DNA of 63,931 bases, filler included, from Stramenopiles sp. TOSAG23-3 (GCA_900128585.1; 3 parts of 3 records of this genome joined end to end with filler, not necessarily neighbours in it), one strand, 5' to 3'; positions 10,340 through 21,651 are shown, numbered from the whole stretch's first letter. Made by a program: numbers and translations. The notes: generated from the letters alone by a model not told the origin.

Positions 10340-13300
10340 ATGCTTCGCGAAAATTCACGAGGGGTAGTGTACCACAACCCATTGTTTTCAGGTATGAACA
10401 AAGGCGACTCTGCAAAACCTGGGTTTGGTTTTAGACAACTGTTGCGCAGGTACAAAAAAGCAACGTGCCTGGTTGCAACCATTTCCTTTGCGATCGTTTT
10501 TGTTGTGCTGCCGCACCTAAGTCTTGGCGGCGATAGCTTTCATGAGAGCGGATTCCCTTTAACTACCACCAAGCTCTTGCTTTTAGTGTTCACGGGCGTG
10601 TTTCAACATTACCTGGTGCTGTTTTTGCTGTTCGCTCCAGGCGACAACGTGTCTCGTGCCCTGCGCCAATGCAACAAACTACTGCTTTTTGTTTTTGTGG
10701 TATGGGTTTCGTTTGGGCCTGGGGAACAATTAACGGACTCTACCCAAACAGAAAAGCAGCACAAAATGCTGGGTATCGGAAATTGTAGTTTGCTAAATGA
10801 CATCCCGGAACAATTTGTTGACTTGAATGCGCCAATTGAAGGCAATCAACTGTATATTTACAAATACAAGGCAGAATTCTATCCCATTGTGTATGAGAAG
10901 ACTAGTATGATTTTAAACCTATTGGAAACTGTGTATCCCTTGCTGATGCGATCGACCAGACGTCAAATGACCGACGAATGTGAAAAGGTTACATCAAGTT
11001 ATGCACTGCTTATGATATTTCGTCCGTGTGGTCAGTATTGTCAAGAGGCACAATATTTATGCAATAGCAGCTGCTCTAACCCATGCTTTAAACACACCTT
11101 GGAGGACGCATTTGGCCACGGTTCAACTTTTTCCGAGATTTCTGAAATTGCTGCAGATGAATGGACCGGTCGTTACGGGTCTATAATCAATGGTTACCTC
11201 AATGGTGCTTGGCCAGAGAGCACTGAATTGGACCGAACAAAATTTTCCGAACAGTTTCTGTCCTTATTTTGGGAACGTGTCAAGCAACAAGCTGAACTGT
11301 ACAAAAATAACAGCTTGTGTAAGCCTATCTCTGCACTGGACAACCGTGAGTCGTGTTTTGCTCTCAATGGCGAAGTATACAGTTCAAGCACAAACAAAGA
11401 CCACAGGATCGGAGAAGAGCTCAGTTGCAACAAAACAGACCAAAATGGCCAAATAAACCGCGGAAGTAGCCCCCGCCAGCAACAGACACAGAACAGCGGG
11501 GTTGCATTTTTATGGATATCAACAGTCGCCTTTTACGCTAACGCACTGTGGTCCATTGTAACGTGGTATAGACTTTCACAAACATATCCCGCGAATAGGA
11601 ACGAATATCCACTGGGTTCTTGCAAAAAAATATCCTTGGTCGGCATGGGGTTGATTGGGTATATGTTTTCGGCGGCGACAATACATATGATCATTATGGT
11701 AGAAGGGGAGCACGATCCCCAAACGAGCGAGCCAACAATTCAGTTGCAATGTGTGTACATGTTCCTTTGTGTCCCAGTCATATTGTGTGCATCGATTGCA
11801 ACTACCACTGTTGCCACAAGCATTCAAGGGACAGGCCAATCCATCAAAAACAAAAAACATTCTGCAAAGAAATCTCGCTCCTTAATGTTGGTTAATTTTA
11901 CGCGAATTGTTGCAATGTACCAGCAGCAAACGTCCCCAAGGAATGGGCCTTGGTTTCTGACCAAAATAATATTTTGGGAATGTTTTGAAGTATGCATTCA
12001 ATTTACGTCGCTCCATTTACAGTCTCGAAACCACACATTAAGTTATGTTCTGGTCATATCATGTCTTTTGTGGATCAACATGATGGTCACGACTGCAATT
12101 TTTTACAGAAAACTCTTTGATGCCAATGCAAAGATGTGGAAGAACGCGGAAATCCTGGGTGTGGACACGGTTATTGATACCCTGTACTTTGCAACAAATG
12201 TATACTTTCTCACTGGCAAAGACTTATACAGTGATAAGGTCCCTTTTGTGACGTCGGTGGTTGGGTCCCTCTCTATTGCATGGCCAGTATTGTGCGTGGT
12301 TTTGCGCATTCGCTCTGTCGCCCGCTTGATTGTTTTAAAAATAGGAGAAAACGCGGCCCCAAATTTAAGTTTTCATGGCCACAAGGAACGTTCAAAGACG
12401 GGAAAGAGGTACTCTGTGTTATGGTCCGTAATGTGGGTGGTGACAGTGTCATTCAGCGCCCAGTTCGTGTTTTTACTTATTGGTGCGGTCCAGCTCAACG
12501 CTCATTGCTCAAATGAGCTTGGCGAAGCTTTATGGAGTGGAGCACATCCAAAACATACGTTTGTGAATGGTTTATATGGGGAGCAAGACTGCAATTTCAG
12601 GGCCATCACCCACATTGTTGCCCCTGAAAAGGGCATAAAGAGCATATCCCCGTCCATTGGGAAGTGTACCAGCATAATCGCCCTTGACTTGAAACATAAT
12701 GCGATCTCAGACTTACCTCGAGAGCTGATTTTGATGGAATCAATTGGAAGTGTTGAACTACTTGGAAACCCAGTGAGTTTGGTTTTGAATGCATCAAACA
12801 TGGCACTCGGCAGGGGTGTGGGCAACTACGACATTCCTGCGTTCATCCAGCAGCACTTGAGCAGAACGATCAAAGTGTTGGATTTATCAAACAACCAAAT
12901 TAGTAAAATAGGAGACAGTGTTTCAAAGTTCAAACACCTTCAGACATTGATTTTGTCAAATAACAATTTGAAACCAGACAGACTCTCCTGGAGGATAGTA
13001 AATTTGCACGGGGTCCTTGACAGGTTCCTGTTTGAGGGAAATCCAGTTTCCACATACCTTGATTGGTCTAATCAAGGCGGTTTTAAACGGGGGTATAAGA
13101 ACGGCGAACGTTCTATGCGAAACGCCGTAGCATTCCTGAGCGTTTTTTTTGCACCGTCAATTCGATCGTTAAATCTGTCAAACAATGACTTTACAAAGCC
13201 CATGGTTGAGGACATGCTGTATGACCTTACCGGCCTTCAATCCCTTGACTTATCGATGAATAAGCAAATAAAGTCTGGCCCCGCTGCTCCACTTCGGTTT

Positions 13301-14473
13301 AATTTATCTGAACGGTTAGTTGATCTACAGTTTTTGAACTTGACACACTGCAAACGAATCCAAGGAATCGATTTAGACGATTTAGTCGAAATGGAACGCA
13401 GGCTCTTGTATGACAATGGCAGGTTTTACCTAAAGGGAGTTGGAATAATATCGTTTGTGTCAATGATTCCCGTTTCAAAGGCCATGTTTCCAACACATAT
13501 ACTGTCGCAAGTGAGTGGATTAGTTCAGATCAAGCTTGAAAATACACACTTTCAGAATTTTAGCTCGGGTCAACTTTGTAACTTTGTTGAGTTGGTGCTC
13601 TTTTCATACCAATTTTATGGCGACCATATTGCACCGGAGCAATCATGGGATTTCCCGCCACCTTGCGCACTCCCAAGTCTCGAACAATTTTATATGTCAG
13701 AAGCAAACGTGAACTTTTACAGCAATAGGTCTTTCCCAAGTCTCAAAGAGTTTGCGGTTAGTAGCAAGTACGGATCGGTAGAGCGAACGTTTCCTAAAAT
13801 ACCATACTCTGTTGCACGGCAGTTACGGACGTCTTCTGATTATCTTGAGTTGAACCAATTCAAACCCTTGAATAATGCAAAGTTTCCACCAGTATACAGC
13901 TCTTGGCCATCGCTTCGTTTGGCGGCCATGAACCTAGAACATTACGAAAACAGTTTAAGTATTCCTCCAGAGTGGAAAACGTTTGAATACTTTGAAGTGG
14001 GTGTATCGTGGTGGACCAAGCCAGAAAACTCAAAAATTGTTGGCTCAGCAGCTCAGTTACACATTAAAAAAGGCGCGGACATTAAAATGACCAACCTGTC
14101 TGGTCCTTTGTTTACCCTCTCTCCGGGATTTAATTGCTTTTTAGTCAATGCACCATATGACAAGAACGAAACGGTCGCTTGGCGTCTGTTTGAGAAAAAA
14201 TGGAACATCTCGTGTTCTGAGTTACCAAAGGAGGTATGTAGTGACGACGAATGCCGTAAAATGATAAGTTTCAAAGAGCATGAGTTCGATGTTGTGCAGA
14301 AAGTGGTGAACTGTTCTCTGCCAACTGTTGGCAACTCAACCTTTTCAAATGTTATATGCATCGGCACGCACCAACCAAACATAAGTGAAACACTAAACAT
14401 TTGGAGATGCTACGAGCGTGACTACTTTCAGTTGAGACGGTCATGTACACAAGCCAATGCATTGCTTTATTAG
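10340..14473 (+). CDS. Multi-TM protein with Cys-rich (Frizzled-CRD-like) loop and C-terminal leucine-rich repeats, 1377 aa
   Basis: LRR motifs ALDLKHNAISDLP, VLDLSNNQISKI, LILSNNNL, SLNLSNNDF and SLDLSMNK; about 10 hydrophobic segments; Cys cluster ECEKVTSSYALLMIFRPCGQYC...LCNSSC. Confidence 0.8.
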   Translation: MLRENSRGVVYHNPLFSGMNKGDSAKPGFGFRQLLRRYKKATCLVATISFAIVFVVLPHLSLGGDSFHESGFPLTTTKLLLLVFTGVFQHYLVLFLLFAPGDNVSRALRQCNKLLLFVFVVWVSFGPGEQLTDSTQTEKQHKMLGIGNCSLLNDIPEQFVDLNAPIEGNQLYIYKYKAEFYPIVYEKTSMILNLLETVYPLLMRSTRRQMTDECEKVTSSYALLMIFRPCGQYCQEAQYLCNSSCSNPCFKHTLEDAFGHGSTFSEISEIAADEWTGRYGSIINGYLNGAWPESTELDRTKFSEQFLSLFWERVKQQAELYKNNSLCKPISALDNRESCFALNGEVYSSSTNKDHRIGEELSCNKTDQNGQINRGSSPRQQQTQNSGVAFLWISTVAFYANALWSIVTWYRLSQTYPANRNEYPLGSCKKISLVGMGLIGYMFSAATIHMIIMVEGEHDPQTSEPTIQLQCVYMFLCVPVILCASIATTTVATSIQGTGQSIKNKKHSAKKSRSLMLVNFTRIVAMYQQQTSPRNGPWFLTKIIFWECFEVCIQFTSLHLQSRNHTLSYVLVISCLLWINMMVTTAIFYRKLFDANAKMWKNAEILGVDTVIDTLYFATNVYFLTGKDLYSDKVPFVTSVVGSLSIAWPVLCVVLRIRSVARLIVLKIGENAAPNLSFHGHKERSKTGKRYSVLWSVMWVVTVSFSAQFVFLLIGAVQLNAHCSNELGEALWSGAHPKHTFVNGLYGEQDCNFRAITHIVAPEKGIKSISPSIGKCTSIIALDLKHNAISDLPRELILMESIGSVELLGNPVSLVLNASNMALGRGVGNYDIPAFIQQHLSRTIKVLDLSNNQISKIGDSVSKFKHLQTLILSNNNLKPDRLSWRIVNLHGVLDRFLFEGNPVSTYLDWSNQGGFKRGYKNGERSMRNAVAFLSVFFAPSIRSLNLSNNDFTKPMVEDMLYDLTGLQSLDLSMNKQIKSGPAAPLRFNLSERLVDLQFLNLTHCKRIQGIDLDDLVEMERRLLYDNGRFYLKGVGIISFVSMIPVSKAMFPTHILSQVSGLVQIKLENTHFQNFSSGQLCNFVELVLFSYQFYGDHIAPEQSWDFPPPCALPSLEQFYMSEANVNFYSNRSFPSLKEFAVSSKYGSVERTFPKIPYSVARQLRTSSDYLELNQFKPLNNAKFPPVYSSWPSLRLAAMNLEHYENSLSIPPEWKTFEYFEVGVSWWTKPENSKIVGSAAQLHIKKGADIKMTNLSGPLFTLSPGFNCFLVNAPYDKNETVAWRLFEKKWNISCSELPKEVCSDDECRKMISFKEHEFDVVQKVVNCSLPTVGNSTFSNVICIGTHQPNISETLNIWRCYERDYFQLRRSCTQANALLY

Positions 14474-14740
14474 CAGTATAATATGCATATATGATTAGAA
14501 AAATATACTCGCACAGTGGTATGCATATGATATCTTAAGAAAAAACCAAAATATATAGTATGATATATAATGAATTACGCCCTGATATTTTTTAGAAAGA
14601 TGTTATTTTTAAACCGACAGTACCGAACATTATCTCGATGAATTGTTGTTTTGGATGACTTAAAGCGCTCATCGCGCATTGATTATTCGTAAATTCTTAG
14701 AGCCTTGCTTGCCAGTCTTACTCCAGTACCGCCCCTAATC

Positions 14741-17700
14741 TCACCTTCTTCGCTTCTTCCGGTACCGATCTTCTCGGTGACTGTCTCGCTGGCGCTTCTT
14801 GCGGTCTTCTTTCTCCGCCTTCCTGTCCATTTCGTCCCAATCCTCGCCGTCCTCCTCCGAATCGCTGTAGGCCTCGCTGTCCAGGCCGCTTTCTTCCGCC
14901 ATATCGTCCTCGTCCCAATCGTCCTCGGACGAGCTCTCCTCTTCGTCAGAGTCGACCTCAAAGACGCTGCCGTCGTCGTCGTCGTCGTCGTCCCCGTCGT
15001 CTTCGTGGTCGCTGTGGGCGTTCAAAAAGTCCCAACCGACGTCCTTCTTCTCCCCCTGCTCGTCCACGTTGGACCAGAAGAGGGACGTACCGTCGTCCAG
15101 TTCCGCGTCCAGCTCGTCCCGGACTGCGGTGAGGGTCTTGTCCCACACGATCGGGGCATTACCGGTCGTAAACGTTTTCCCTATGGAAATGATCCACTCT
15201 TTGATGGTTTCAAGGTATCGCATTTCGATGGAATTCACGTGCTTGAACCGTTGGAGGTCGTTGAACACCACGACCATGTCGAAGTTTTTCGTCGTGAAAG
15301 TGACGCGTTCCAAATGAAAGTGCTCCACGTCGTCCAAGGAAACGACAAAACTGGGGGTGTGGGACACGTTCAAGAGGCAGTCCACAGAGGGGCTGATTCG
15401 GACCATTTCCTTGTGCGCTACCCCAAAGAAGCTCAGGTCTAGGTAAGGCGTGTCCAGCTTCGGGAAAATGGGCTTGACGGCGTCGGGGGCGTACTTCTCC
15501 ACGTGCTTGCTCACCTTTTTGCAGAATTCGTAGAACTGCTTGTTCAGCCTTTTCCGCAGCTTACGTTGTCGCTGCTCCTCGTCGATCTCGTCGGGGTCGT
15601 ACATGTTCCGGCGCGAGTCGTCCAGGGCCTCGGAGGCCTCGATGATGGTCATGTAAAAACAGAGGTTTTTGCACTTGCGCTTGTTCACCAATATGGGAGA
15701 CCGCAAGTGAATGTTAAGAATGACGTCGTGGATGGTCCCGTCGCACTGCTGAAAGATGAAGTGGCGCACGTTCGAGTAAATGATGTCCACCCTGTCTGAA
15801 CCCTCATTGGCGCGGAACCGAAAGCCGTTCATGTGACACTGGAGGGACCCCTGGTTCTTTCTGTACTTGCCGATCTTTGGGCGGACACTTACCGGTGCCA
15901 GCGTAAGCGGGCGACCACGGTCCCGGGGCCAGAGCACCAGCGGCTCCTGCTCAATGACGTCCTTCGCCTCGTTCTCGGCCCGGTTCTTCTCGCGGGTGTC
16001 TTTCTGAAGCTGCTTGATGGCGCGAAGCTGGTCGTTGAGGTACTTTTGGTCTTTCGACTTGAACATCATCGACCGAACAAAGACCTTTCGCGCCACCAAG
16101 TCCTCGATGGCGCGCACTACGCTCGGGGGCATGTTCTTCGTGACCTTGTCCGCGGGGCTGTAGAAGTTAATCGTCAAGTAGGACGCGCGGTGGCCCTCGT
16201 CGTTGATGGAGACGTTCTTCACGGTCGTGATGTGGAACGGCACGAGCATGTTGTAGATGGGGAGCAGGACCGCTTGGTTCTCCGTGTCTACCGTGAGGCG
16301 CGTCGGCTTGATGCTGGCGGGGATGCGCTGAACGCTCGAGTAGGCTGAAATTTGAAGCTCCGCGTCGCTGTCTTTCTGGGCCACCTCATCGCTCGCGCTG
16401 CCCTTTTGCTTCCGTGCCAGGTTTCTCCTCTTTACGTCGGCGGCCTTCTTCTTCATAATTTCCTGGCGTTTTTGGTCCAGGTCTATGTTCTTGGCAGTCG
16501 CCTCGGCCTGCGCGCGTTCCCGCTTTTCCCGGCGGGACAAGTTCTCTTCTTCTTCCTCCTCCTCCTCCTCCTCGCTTTCGTCCAGTGTCTGGGCAACCGT
16601 GCTCCAGTTCTTCTTTGCACTTTTGGTCAGGACTTCGGCCTCGTCCTTACCGACCAGGACAGTGTCGGCGAGTAGAAGGGTGTAGGTGGGCAGGGCGCGG
16701 GCCCCTACCTTGGGCTTTTTGGCGTCCTTCTTCCCAAGGGCTACCGGCACGTCCTGGAACCCAACGCAGAGGTTGAAGACCATCCCGGCCTTCATGACTC
16801 GTTTGTTCTTGTGGCTCATGACGTGCGACGCGTCGCGGATCATCAGCCCCAGGCCAGTCCCGCAGTTCGGGGTGAAGTACTGCAGCATGTCCTTCCCGTG
16901 GGCTTCGATGTGCTTCTTCGCCGCGTTGTAAACGTTCAGCAAGGACACGCTGTCCTTCATCGCGGACAGGCACACCTGTTGGACCTCGAGGAGCAGCATG
17001 TACGCCTTCTCCATGCAGTCCGGGGGGTTCACTATGTACGTGCGGGCTACGTTGCTGCAGTACGAGTCGTAGCGGGCCCCAAGCTGGCAGGTGATCAGGT
17101 CGAACGACATCTTTTCATTCTCCATCTCTGCCCCTTCGTTGAGGGACACTTTGCACTTCGGGCCACTCTGCACGGTGGGAGTGTAGCAGGACTCGACCAT
17201 GTCCTTGTCCACGTTCTTCACCTGCATGCGCTCGGTCGGGTCTTCGAGGTTTGCGTCGATCTCTGCGGCCAGCTCGGAGTGCTTGAAGGTGCCCTTGTCC
17301 TCGTCGACGACCGTCCACATTCGCTTGGAGAATGCCTTCATCGCCTTGTAGGACAAGTGTGATGCCTTCCGTATGTTCATGATCTCATCCTCCGTCTTGA
17401 CCGCCAGGGCCAAGTTGATGCCCGTGCTGCAATCGACGGTCGCGATGGACGTTTTCTCGAGGGCTTTGGCCCACGACGCGGCAAACTTGCCGCCCGGGCT
17501 CTCCTTGAGGAGCGTGCCCAGCGTGGCCCCGTCGAGGCTGGCCTTGACCGCCGCAATGAGCGTGGCGCAGTTGGCCCCATACTCCTCGGCCTTTACCTTT
17601 TCAATCACTTCCAGGGCGACGTCCCCGTCGAACTGGGCCTTTTCAAGGATCTCCTTCTTTTTCTTCGAGGTAAGGATGACGACCTTCTTCTCCGTGAAGA

Positions 17701-17917
17701 GGACAATGGTGCTCGGAAGCTCCAACGAGAACAGGTACCTGTGAAACGTGGAGGAACCGGAGTACATGACGGCGTTTTCGTCGGTCGCGCCTGCAACGAT
17801 GCATATGGCATCCGCGTTCTTCCACACTTTCGGGTTCTGCTTGTTCGATACCCAGTGCGCGTGAATTTTCTTCGCCCTGGCAACGAAGGTCTTCAGGTTG
17901 ATGGGGTCAGAGGCCAT
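14741..17917 (-). CDS. SPT16: FACT complex subunit SPT16
   Basis: Peptidase-like N-domain (LGARYDSYCSNVARTY), VPFHITTVKNVS, YDPDEIDEEQ, HLERV, DMVVVF and acidic tail GEDWDEMDRKA. ATG at 17917 (MASDPINL). Confidence 0.97.
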   Translation of the reverse strand: MASDPINLKTFVARAKKIHAHWVSNKQNPKVWKNADAICIVAGATDENAVMYSGSSTFHRYLFSLELPSTIVLFTEKKVVILTSKKKKEILEKAQFDGDVALEVIEKVKAEEYGANCATLIAAVKASLDGATLGTLLKESPGGKFAASWAKALEKTSIATVDCSTGINLALAVKTEDEIMNIRKASHLSYKAMKAFSKRMWTVVDEDKGTFKHSELAAEIDANLEDPTERMQVKNVDKDMVESCYTPTVQSGPKCKVSLNEGAEMENEKMSFDLITCQLGARYDSYCSNVARTYIVNPPDCMEKAYMLLLEVQQVCLSAMKDSVSLLNVYNAAKKHIEAHGKDMLQYFTPNCGTGLGLMIRDASHVMSHKNKRVMKAGMVFNLCVGFQDVPVALGKKDAKKPKVGARALPTYTLLLADTVLVGKDEAEVLTKSAKKNWSTVAQTLDESEEEEEEEEEENLSRREKRERAQAEATAKNIDLDQKRQEIMKKKAADVKRRNLARKQKGSASDEVAQKDSDAELQISAYSSVQRIPASIKPTRLTVDTENQAVLLPIYNMLVPFHITTVKNVSINDEGHRASYLTINFYSPADKVTKNMPPSVVRAIEDLVARKVFVRSMMFKSKDQKYLNDQLRAIKQLQKDTREKNRAENEAKDVIEQEPLVLWPRDRGRPLTLAPVSVRPKIGKYRKNQGSLQCHMNGFRFRANEGSDRVDIIYSNVRHFIFQQCDGTIHDVILNIHLRSPILVNKRKCKNLCFYMTIIEASEALDDSRRNMYDPDEIDEEQRQRKLRKRLNKQFYEFCKKVSKHVEKYAPDAVKPIFPKLDTPYLDLSFFGVAHKEMVRISPSVDCLLNVSHTPSFVVSLDDVEHFHLERVTFTTKNFDMVVVFNDLQRFKHVNSIEMRYLETIKEWIISIGKTFTTGNAPIVWDKTLTAVRDELDAELDDGTSLFWSNVDEQGEKKDVGWDFLNAHSDHEDDGDDDDDDDGSVFEVDSDEEESSSEDDWDEDDMAEESGLDSEAYSDSEEDGEDWDEMDRKAEKEDRKKRQRDSHREDRYRKKRRR

Positions 17918-18224
17918 GGTTCCAACACAGAGTGTAAAGCCTAAAAACGAACGAACGGGGGAAGGATGAGAAGGGATATCGTTTCTTTCCAAACTATCTT
18001 AAAAAAATAGTAACTTTTAAAGCGAAGGAGGAAACGAAAACGATTCAACGATCGTAACGATTAACCTCAAAGTTTCGAAATCTAAACAAGTATGTTTATG
18101 GCAAAAAATCTTACTTACTTACTGTTTTTAGTTATTATTTTCTTCTTCTTCTTCTTCTTTGAATTTGACTTGTTGTTTAATTGCCACTTTTTTTGTTGGC
18201 TTGGCCAACCATCAACCAACAAAC

Positions 18225-18416
18225 AAAGAAGAAAGAAGAAGAAGAAGAAGAAGAAGAAAGAAGAAAGAAGAAGAAGAAGAAGAAGAAGAAGAAGAAAGAA
18301 GAAAGAAGAAAGAAGAAAGAAGAAGAAGAAAGAAGAAAGAAGAAAGAAGAAGAAGAAAAAAGAAGAAATTTGGAAGAAATTTGGAAGAAATTTGGAAGAA
18401 ATTTGGAAGAAATTTA
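18225..18416 (+). repeat. (AAG/AAAG)n tract followed by about 4.5 copies of a 12-bp unit GAAGAAATTTGG
   Basis: Seen directly; the 12-bp unit spans about 18362-18416. Confidence 0.9.
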
Positions 18417-18773
18417 GATTGATTGATTCATTATATATACTGTGTCTATATAAATATAACTATTTGTATGCTATGTAAATACTAATACGAATTCAATCGA
18501 TTAATAGGACAGTGAACAATACAAAATTGCTTACTTAATTTAATAATCCTGGCGCTTTTTCTCACGGCTGATGGTATTCACCTGTTATAAAGGAAGGGCG
18601 TGTTCGCGCCCTTTTTTTTCTAATTTTTAATTTTTATGGTCTCTGTATAATACTTACTTCAGTTTTAATTGCATTTGTTATATCATTTTAACAAACAATT
18701 AAGGTTTAATAGAATACGTTAGTTTTTTGTAAAGAACGAAAAGGGAAGTATTCTTATTTCAAAATCCAAGGCA

Positions 18774-20033
18774 TCAGTTGCTTGCAATGCATTTTGTACT
18801 ATCGTCCTTAATCATTTTATTGATGGTTTCCTTCAGCTCCTGGTTCTCCTTTTTCAGTTTGGTTATTTGGTTCATGAGCAAGACCTTGTCGTACCCGTCA
18901 ATGTTCGTTCCAAGATCAGGATCTTGAAAGACAATCCCCTGGTCCCTGGCCTTTCGTTTCTGAAGCCGCGATTCCGCCACAAGCTTGCCGTTAAACACGT
19001 ATCCCTTCAGAATGTTTCGGTAGATGAGCGTTGCAACGTGCATGTCGACAGCATCCAAGATTTTCCCCGAGTACTCGAGTAGCCTTGTGACGCCCTTCAA
19101 AGTCAGCGAGTACGCGTGCAGGCAGGCGGGGTGGCGCGCGACAACATGGGGTTCTTCGATGGTAGTTTCCGGGTCTATCGATTGGTAGGTTTTCTCTGGG
19201 TGGGTTTCGTTCGGTACCCGAAGTCCCCCGCGCATCCAGCCGCTATAAATGATGTCTGCATCGGGGGGAATATTTTCTACGTAAGAGCCAATAACAGTTG
19301 TAAAGTTTTCGTGCGGCACCGCATCGTCTTCAAAGATCGATACGACCGGAGTGCCGGTCTCGAGCATGTACTTTCGGACCAATTGCCAGACCAAGCGGTG
19401 AGATAACGTGCATCCCTTGTGCCCGGGCTCGCCGTGGTATATTCCCATGCTATCGAAATCGACCGTTCCCAGGGAACCGTCGACCCCGGGGAATCGAACG
19501 ATATCTTTGAACCCTGCGGACTTGAGCCGGCCGGCAATCACTTCCCTTCGTCCAGGGTTTCTGTCCAAATTTATAAAGTATGCACGACGGAGGAAGTCGT
19601 CCATGTCGACAAGGGCTGTCATTCTAAAATGTACAGGGGGCGACCGCACAGAAAAACCATCGATTGAAAAAGTGACGGACGCGTTAGTAACCAGAGTATC
19701 GCCCGGTCGAACGATCGTGGACGCCGTATGCAGGGTTAGGGCCATGCGATCCTCTTTCGACTTTCCATGAGCGTCTACCAGAAAATCTACGCACGCATGG
19801 TCCTTTTTTTTAACGGCTTCGTCCCTAAGCTCGTAGCACAGCGTGGCGCTGGTCCCGCCGAACCTTTCTGCTGCACCAACCAATGAAATTTCTATGGCAA
19901 AATATTTCCCAAACTTGATAAATGTATCTTTTCCATCGACGCCATTGAATGGCCTCACTATATCCAACCGTTGGGGGCTAGACTGCACGACCATCATCGC
20001 AAGGATGCAAAACAAAGTCCTCATGGTCAACAT
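18774..20033 (-). CDS. Glycosyltransferase family 25 protein with signal peptide/anchor and short C-terminal coiled coil
   Basis: AYFINLDRNPGRR, RFPGVDG, GCTLSHRLVWQ, IFEDDA and HAYSLTLKG are GT25 motifs. First ATG at 20033. Confidence 0.88.
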   Translation of the reverse strand: MLTMRTLFCILAMMVVQSSPQRLDIVRPFNGVDGKDTFIKFGKYFAIEISLVGAAERFGGTSATLCYELRDEAVKKKDHACVDFLVDAHGKSKEDRMALTLHTASTIVRPGDTLVTNASVTFSIDGFSVRSPPVHFRMTALVDMDDFLRRAYFINLDRNPGRREVIAGRLKSAGFKDIVRFPGVDGSLGTVDFDSMGIYHGEPGHKGCTLSHRLVWQLVRKYMLETGTPVVSIFEDDAVPHENFTTVIGSYVENIPPDADIIYSGWMRGGLRVPNETHPEKTYQSIDPETTIEEPHVVARHPACLHAYSLTLKGVTRLLEYSGKILDAVDMHVATLIYRNILKGYVFNGKLVAESRLQKRKARDQGIVFQDPDLGTNIDGYDKVLLMNQITKLKKENQELKETINKMIKDDSTKCIASN

Positions 20034-20816
20034 GTACCACAGACTACCCAAGCAACAACCACTGCTTTCTCAAAAGGCTCCACTTTAAGCAACGATTCGC
20101 GTGTACACTATTGATTATACATCCATTGGTGTAGAAAAAATATTCAAAACTTTCTTCTCTCATTATCACAAATGTACGTTCAAATATATTCTTTCATATT
20201 TATATATAGATAATAAAAGATACGATAATTTCAAATTAACAAGTCATTCATCATCGTCCGTCGTCGTCTTTCTTCTTCTTCTTCTTTTTTTCGATTCTTC
20301 TTTCTTCTTACTTATTTTTTATATAATATTTTATTACTTCTTTTTTTTTGGGGTGTGGTGGTGTGTGGTGTATCAAGCTAAGCTATTGGAAAAGCATATT
20401 TTAGAATGGAGTGTTAGATCGGGTACTGAAGAAGAAAGAAGAAGGACGAAAGAAGAAGAAAAGAGACAAAGAAGAAGAAAATAATAATATTTTTTCAATT
20501 AATACTTCTTACTGTTCGTCTACTTTAATATAACTACGAGGATTACATTCAGTTACCTATCCTATGGATATAATAATTATAAGGAATAACAAAGGAACGA
20601 ATTCATGGAAGAAGAATGAATGAAACGGATAAGAGATTCTTGATGCTGTGTGATGTCTAAGCAAGACAACCTTTCATTCATTTTGTTGATTTTTTATTAA
20701 TAATAAAATTATTATAATAATATATTATGATTAGAAAAATAATCAAACCCTTCTGTGGGGAAGGGAATGTGTTTTCCATTATATATATATTATTATGTAA
20801 AAAAAACAACAATTTG

Positions 20817-20872
20817 TATATCTATTTACTGACCACTATATCTATTTACTGTCCACGATATTTACTGTCTAC
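20817..20872. repeat. About three imperfect copies of a 20-bp unit TATCTATTTACTGWCCAC
   Basis: Seen directly upstream of the EF-hand gene. Confidence 0.75.
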
Positions 20873-20963
20873 ATTTCAAGAAGAACACTGCTTTGACAAA
20901 TTATACGAGAAAGATAACTCAATACTAAAGAACACACAAGAAAGAGAGATAACAACCAAAAGA

Positions 20964-21551
20964 ATGAGCGACCAAACGGAAAAAGAGAGACGACGACGGA
21001 AGGCCCGCGCACTCAAGCATGAGCACAAGAAAAAATTGATGAAGGATTTGGCCACTTTGCCCCATGACTTTCGCTCTCGGCTGAACTCGGAAGAGTTGAA
21101 AAAGGTGGGGAAAGAGTTTCTTTTGAACGCCCACGGAGAAGATGGCCACAAAGCATTGTCCGTGCAAGAGTTCGAAATCGCGATGGGCCATTTGGGTTTC
21201 GACGATTTGCCAATGATCAACCGAATTTTCGAAATTTTTGACAATGATAATTCGGGATCGATCGATTACCGCGAGATGGTGTGCGGCATTGATCTGCTAC
21301 TCCGTGGCCACGGCGAAGAAACGCTGAAGTTTTGTTTCAGCATATACGACCTTGATGATAGTGGGTACATAGGGGAGCACGAATTGTTCTCAGTCTTGAA
21401 GCTATGCTCAAAGCATGATCTTGAACGCAGGAGTGGAGGGAAAAAACGTATACTGGGAACTCTGCGAAAAATTTGGAGGAACATCGACAAAAACGGCGAC
21501 GGGAAAATCAGCTTTGAAGAGTTTGTCGGCGGCTTGCGGGAGGAACCCCTG
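20964..21551 (+). CDS. EF-hand calcium sensor (calcineurin B/NCS-like), 3' end truncated by linker
   Basis: EF loops DNDNSGSIDYRE, DLDDSGYIGEHE and DKNGDGKISFEE; LKFCFSIYD. Probable ATG 20964. Confidence 0.88.
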
Positions 21552-21651
21552 NNNNNNNNNNNNNNNNNNNNNNNNNNNNNNNNNNNNNNNNNNNNTTAAT
21601 TAATTAANNNNNNNNNNNNNNNNNNNNNNNNNNNNNNNNNNNNNNNNNNNN
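21552..21651. other. Artificial contig linker N44-TTAATTAATTAA-N44
   Basis: Six-frame-stop spacer between N runs; identical to the linker at 43199-43298. Confidence 0.95.

Noticed and set aside
21552..21651. Palindromic TTAATTAATTAA (also at 43243-43254)
   Set aside because: Identical and centred in 44+44 Ns, so it is an artificial six-frame-stop linker. Adjacency across it is not reliable.
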